From the IMG/VR virus record IMGVR_UViG_3300046714_000572, positions 1-54,698 of that record: 54,698 nucleotides of DNA, one strand, 5' to 3'. Numbering within the stretch: the first letter of the stretch is position 1; the number at the start of each line of letters is the position of its first letter. The position numbers and the translations under genes were made by a program. Positions 52,780-54,698 of the stretch are shown here, one piece after another. The notes beneath the pieces are model-generated. The model saw only the letters and a program-made list of their open reading frames with translations. It had not been told where the DNA came from and did not search any database. The stretch comes from a virus. Lineage: Duplodnaviria; Caudoviricetes.

Positions 52780-53386
52780 TCTGTCTAGCGACGAGCACGA
52801 GCGCGCGCACGCGGAGCTGTCATTCGCCAGCGCGGATTCGACCGCCTACCGACGCTTCCTTGAGCGCCTCGCGCGGCTGCCCGAGGTCGAGCGCGAGGCG
52901 GAGCGCGCGGCGCGCGACGCGGAGGTGGACTCGCTCACCGGACTCTACAACCGGCGCGGACTGGTCCGCCGGACGCGCAGGCACGGCGGCGCGAGTTGGT
53001 TCGTGTTCTGCGACCTCGACGGCTTCAAGCGCGCGCAGGACGCGAACCCCGGCCACCACGCCTACGGCGACGACGTCCTGCGCGAGTTCGCGCACTTCCT
53101 GCGCGAGGGGACTCGCGGCGCGGACGTGACGCTGGCGCGCGAGGGCGGGGACGAGTTCGTGGTGCGCGTGGACAGCCGGGCAGGCGCCCGTCGGGTGCGC
53201 GACCTCGTGCGCGCGTGGCGCAGCGCCGACGGCGCGGTGAGCGCAAGCGCCGGGCTAGGCGCCGACGTGGACGCGGCAGACTGCGCCTGCCACCTGAACA
53301 AGGAAGACAGGCGGGCCGCGATGCTGCCGACATTTACGGCGGCGTGGTTCGAGCTGAGGAAGCAACTTCAACGGAGGATGTGGTAA
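52772..53386 (+). CDS. GGDEF-domain diguanylate cyclase
   Basis: DSLTGLYNRRG, FCDLDGFK, H..GD.VL, REGGDEFVV, SASAG. Confidence 0.9.
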   Translation: MADLSSDEHERAHAELSFASADSTAYRRFLERLARLPEVEREAERAARDAEVDSLTGLYNRRGLVRRTRRHGGASWFVFCDLDGFKRAQDANPGHHAYGDDVLREFAHFLREGTRGADVTLAREGGDEFVVRVDSRAGARRVRDLVRAWRSADGAVSASAGLGADVDAADCACHLNKEDRRAAMLPTFTAAWFELRKQLQRRMW

Positions 53387-53390
53387 CCCT

Positions 53391-53699
53391 ATGAACGACT
53401 GGCGTATGCTGCGCGTTGTGCTACTGTCCATCGTGGCCGGGCTCGTCCTGGCCGTGGCCGTCTCCTCCTGCGCCGCGCCCCCGCGCAGCGTCGTGACGCT
53501 GGGGACCTCGACCGAGGCCGACGTGCGCGCGGCCTTCCCGAGGGAGACCTTCTGCACGGTGCAGCGCCAGGACGGCACCGCGCTGCTGGTGGTGTTCTTG
53601 CGCCCGCGACCCGCTGCCCCTGGGGGCGGCAGCCTGAGCTACGTGCTGGACGCGCGGGGCGTGGTCGTGGCCCGCGGACCCATCGTCGTCCTGAATTGA
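53391..53699 (+). CDS. lipoprotein, possibly SmpA/OmlA(BamE)-like
   Basis: GGAGG RBS; hydrophobic signal ending VSSC; LGTSTEADVRAAFP. Confidence 0.65.
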   Translation: MNDWRMLRVVLLSIVAGLVLAVAVSSCAAPPRSVVTLGTSTEADVRAAFPRETFCTVQRQDGTALLVVFLRPRPAAPGGGSLSYVLDARGVVVARGPIVVLN

Positions 53700-53700
53700 C

Positions 53701-53728
53701 TTGACTGTCGGACCGGACGCTGTACAAT
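53701..53728 (+). promoter_or_regulatory. sigma70-type promoter
   Basis: TTGACT-16 nt-TACAAT. Confidence 0.7.
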
Positions 53729-53786
53729 GCTGGCGCGAGACTGATCGACTTCTGACTGGACTACCGGACGAAGGGACTGCACTCCT

Positions 53787-54107
53787 ATGCTGGGAATTTT
53801 CGGAGGGATGGAGCGCTGGCTGCGCGAGCGACTGTCGCGCGGGACGAGCGCAGACGCCGGCCAGGTCGGCGCGATGGCGCAGGCGAGCCGGCGCGGGGTG
53901 CAGATGCCCTCGCGCGAGGTGCAGCACGCGGCGCCGCCGACGCGGCGCGACGCGATGCGCCTGAGCATGGACGAGTTCGTCGTCAAGCGCAAGCTCGGAC
54001 CGAGCCACTTCACGCGACGCCAGACACCGGGCACGCGCTCGCGGCGGGTGTCGATGCTGAGCAAGGCCGAGCGCGCGATCGCGCGGGCGCGGGGATGGAT
54101 CTGGTGA
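53787..54107 (+). CDS. hypothetical basic protein
   Basis: Follows the promoter; GTGA coupling. Confidence 0.55.
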   Translation: MLGIFGGMERWLRERLSRGTSADAGQVGAMAQASRRGVQMPSREVQHAAPPTRRDAMRLSMDEFVVKRKLGPSHFTRRQTPGTRSRRVSMLSKAERAIARARGWIW

Positions 54108-54208
54108 GCAAGAAGCGCCGCAAGTACGTGAACGGCCGGCTGCTGCCGATGAGGCTCCGCAGCGGCTCGGCCGCCCGCAGGCGCAGGGCTCGGAGGCTCT
54201 GGCAGTGA
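54104..54208 (+). CDS. 34-aa Arg/Lys-rich peptide (MSKKRRKYVNG...)
   Basis: GTGA overlaps at both ends. Confidence 0.45.
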   Translation: MSKKRRKYVNGRLLPMRLRSGSAARRRRARRLWQ

Positions 54209-54698
54209 CCGCTCGCCTCCTCTTCGTCGGCGAGGCCCCGACGCCCGCCACGATCAGCCACCCGCTGCACCCGGACTACTGCGACAGCGGACGCAGGCTG
54301 CTCGAGTACACGGGCTGGTCGCGAGAGGAGTTCCTGCGACTGTCGGACCGGACGAACCTCATCGGCCATCCCTTGCCGCTGCTCAGGAGCGGCGCGACGA
54401 TCTGGGACACGGGGGAGGCGAGGCGATCGGCCGATCGGGTGTGCAGGCCGGAGCACTACCACGTCGTGCTTCTCGGCCGCAAGGTGTCCGCGGCCTTCGG
54501 CGCGCCGACGAGCCAGGCCTTCTTCCAGTGGTGCCCGCGACTGACGAAGGAGATGACCCACTTCGGCAAGATCGCTATCTGCCCGCACCCGAGCGGTCGC
54601 AACCGCTGGTGGAACGACGCGCACAACAGAGACCAGGCGAGGAAGTTCTTCAACCGCCTCGCGACCGACGTCTGGACGCCTCAGTCGAGCCCGGCGAT
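54205..54698 (+). CDS. uracil-DNA glycosylase superfamily protein, 3'-truncated
   Basis: Read from sequence: LLFVGEAP, SGRRL, VVLLGR, PHPSGRNRWWND; GGAGG RBS; no stop before window end. Confidence 0.8.
   Translation, partial: MTARLLFVGEAPTPATISHPLHPDYCDSGRRLLEYTGWSREEFLRLSDRTNLIGHPLPLLRSGATIWDTGEARRSADRVCRPEHYHVVLLGRKVSAAFGAPTSQAFFQWCPRLTKEMTHFGKIAICPHPSGRNRWWNDAHNRDQARKFFNRLATDVWTPQSSPA

Noticed and set aside
1-54698. Many long antisense and alternate-frame ORFs in the track (e.g. 30138-33017, 34936-37551, 39208-41769, 8316-10388)
   Set aside because: Shadow ORFs of high-GC coding sequence: Arg/Ala/Pro-rich, no motifs or RBS, fully overlapping well-supported genes
54600-54698. Complete circular genome joining the end to base 1
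   Set aside because: No terminal repeat; direct joining puts the UDG-like ORF out of frame with the ORF at base 1 and gives that ORF no clear start
1-54698. Prophage or temperate lifestyle
   Set aside because: No integrase, CI-like repressor, partition genes or host flanks recognised; Leu762 in PolA is only a weak correlate

Overview
The window is most of a high-GC (roughly 70% by eye) tailed dsDNA phage genome (Caudoviricetes, long non-contractile tail inferred). It is cut mid-gene at both ends. Modules: (i) 1-18015 (+) middle/replication genes: HD hydrolase, AEP primase-helicase, PD-(D/E)xK exonuclease, SNF2-like helicase, family A polymerase with atypical motifs B/C, dATP/dGTP diphosphohydrolase-like protein, Fis-type HTH, RuvC-like resolvase, metallophosphoesterase; (ii) 18161-20433 (-) neck gene and PBSX-type portal, divergent from (iii) 20608-43105 (+) head and tail genes: XkdF-like protease/scaffold, decoration protein, lambda-E-like capsid, tail tube, frameshifting chaperones, tape measure, GTA-like tail tip; (iv) 43141-48210 (-) packaging and membrane genes; (v) 48211-49250 AT-rich control/origin-like region; (vi) 49251-54698 (+) early genes including a GGDEF protein and a UDG-like protein. 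I recognise no integrase, endolysin, tRNA or CRISPR array. The strongest new-looking signal is a stand-alone paralog of the terminase ATPase domain with both Walker motifs destroyed, two genes upstream of terL. Others are two repeat-scaffold plus small-subunit virion appendage modules, a phage diguanylate cyclase with a substituted guanine-recognition residue, a CTGCC-N5-GGCAG box at all late promoters, and a promoter-driven ~105-nt structured RNA. All family assignments come from motif recognition by eye, not database searches.
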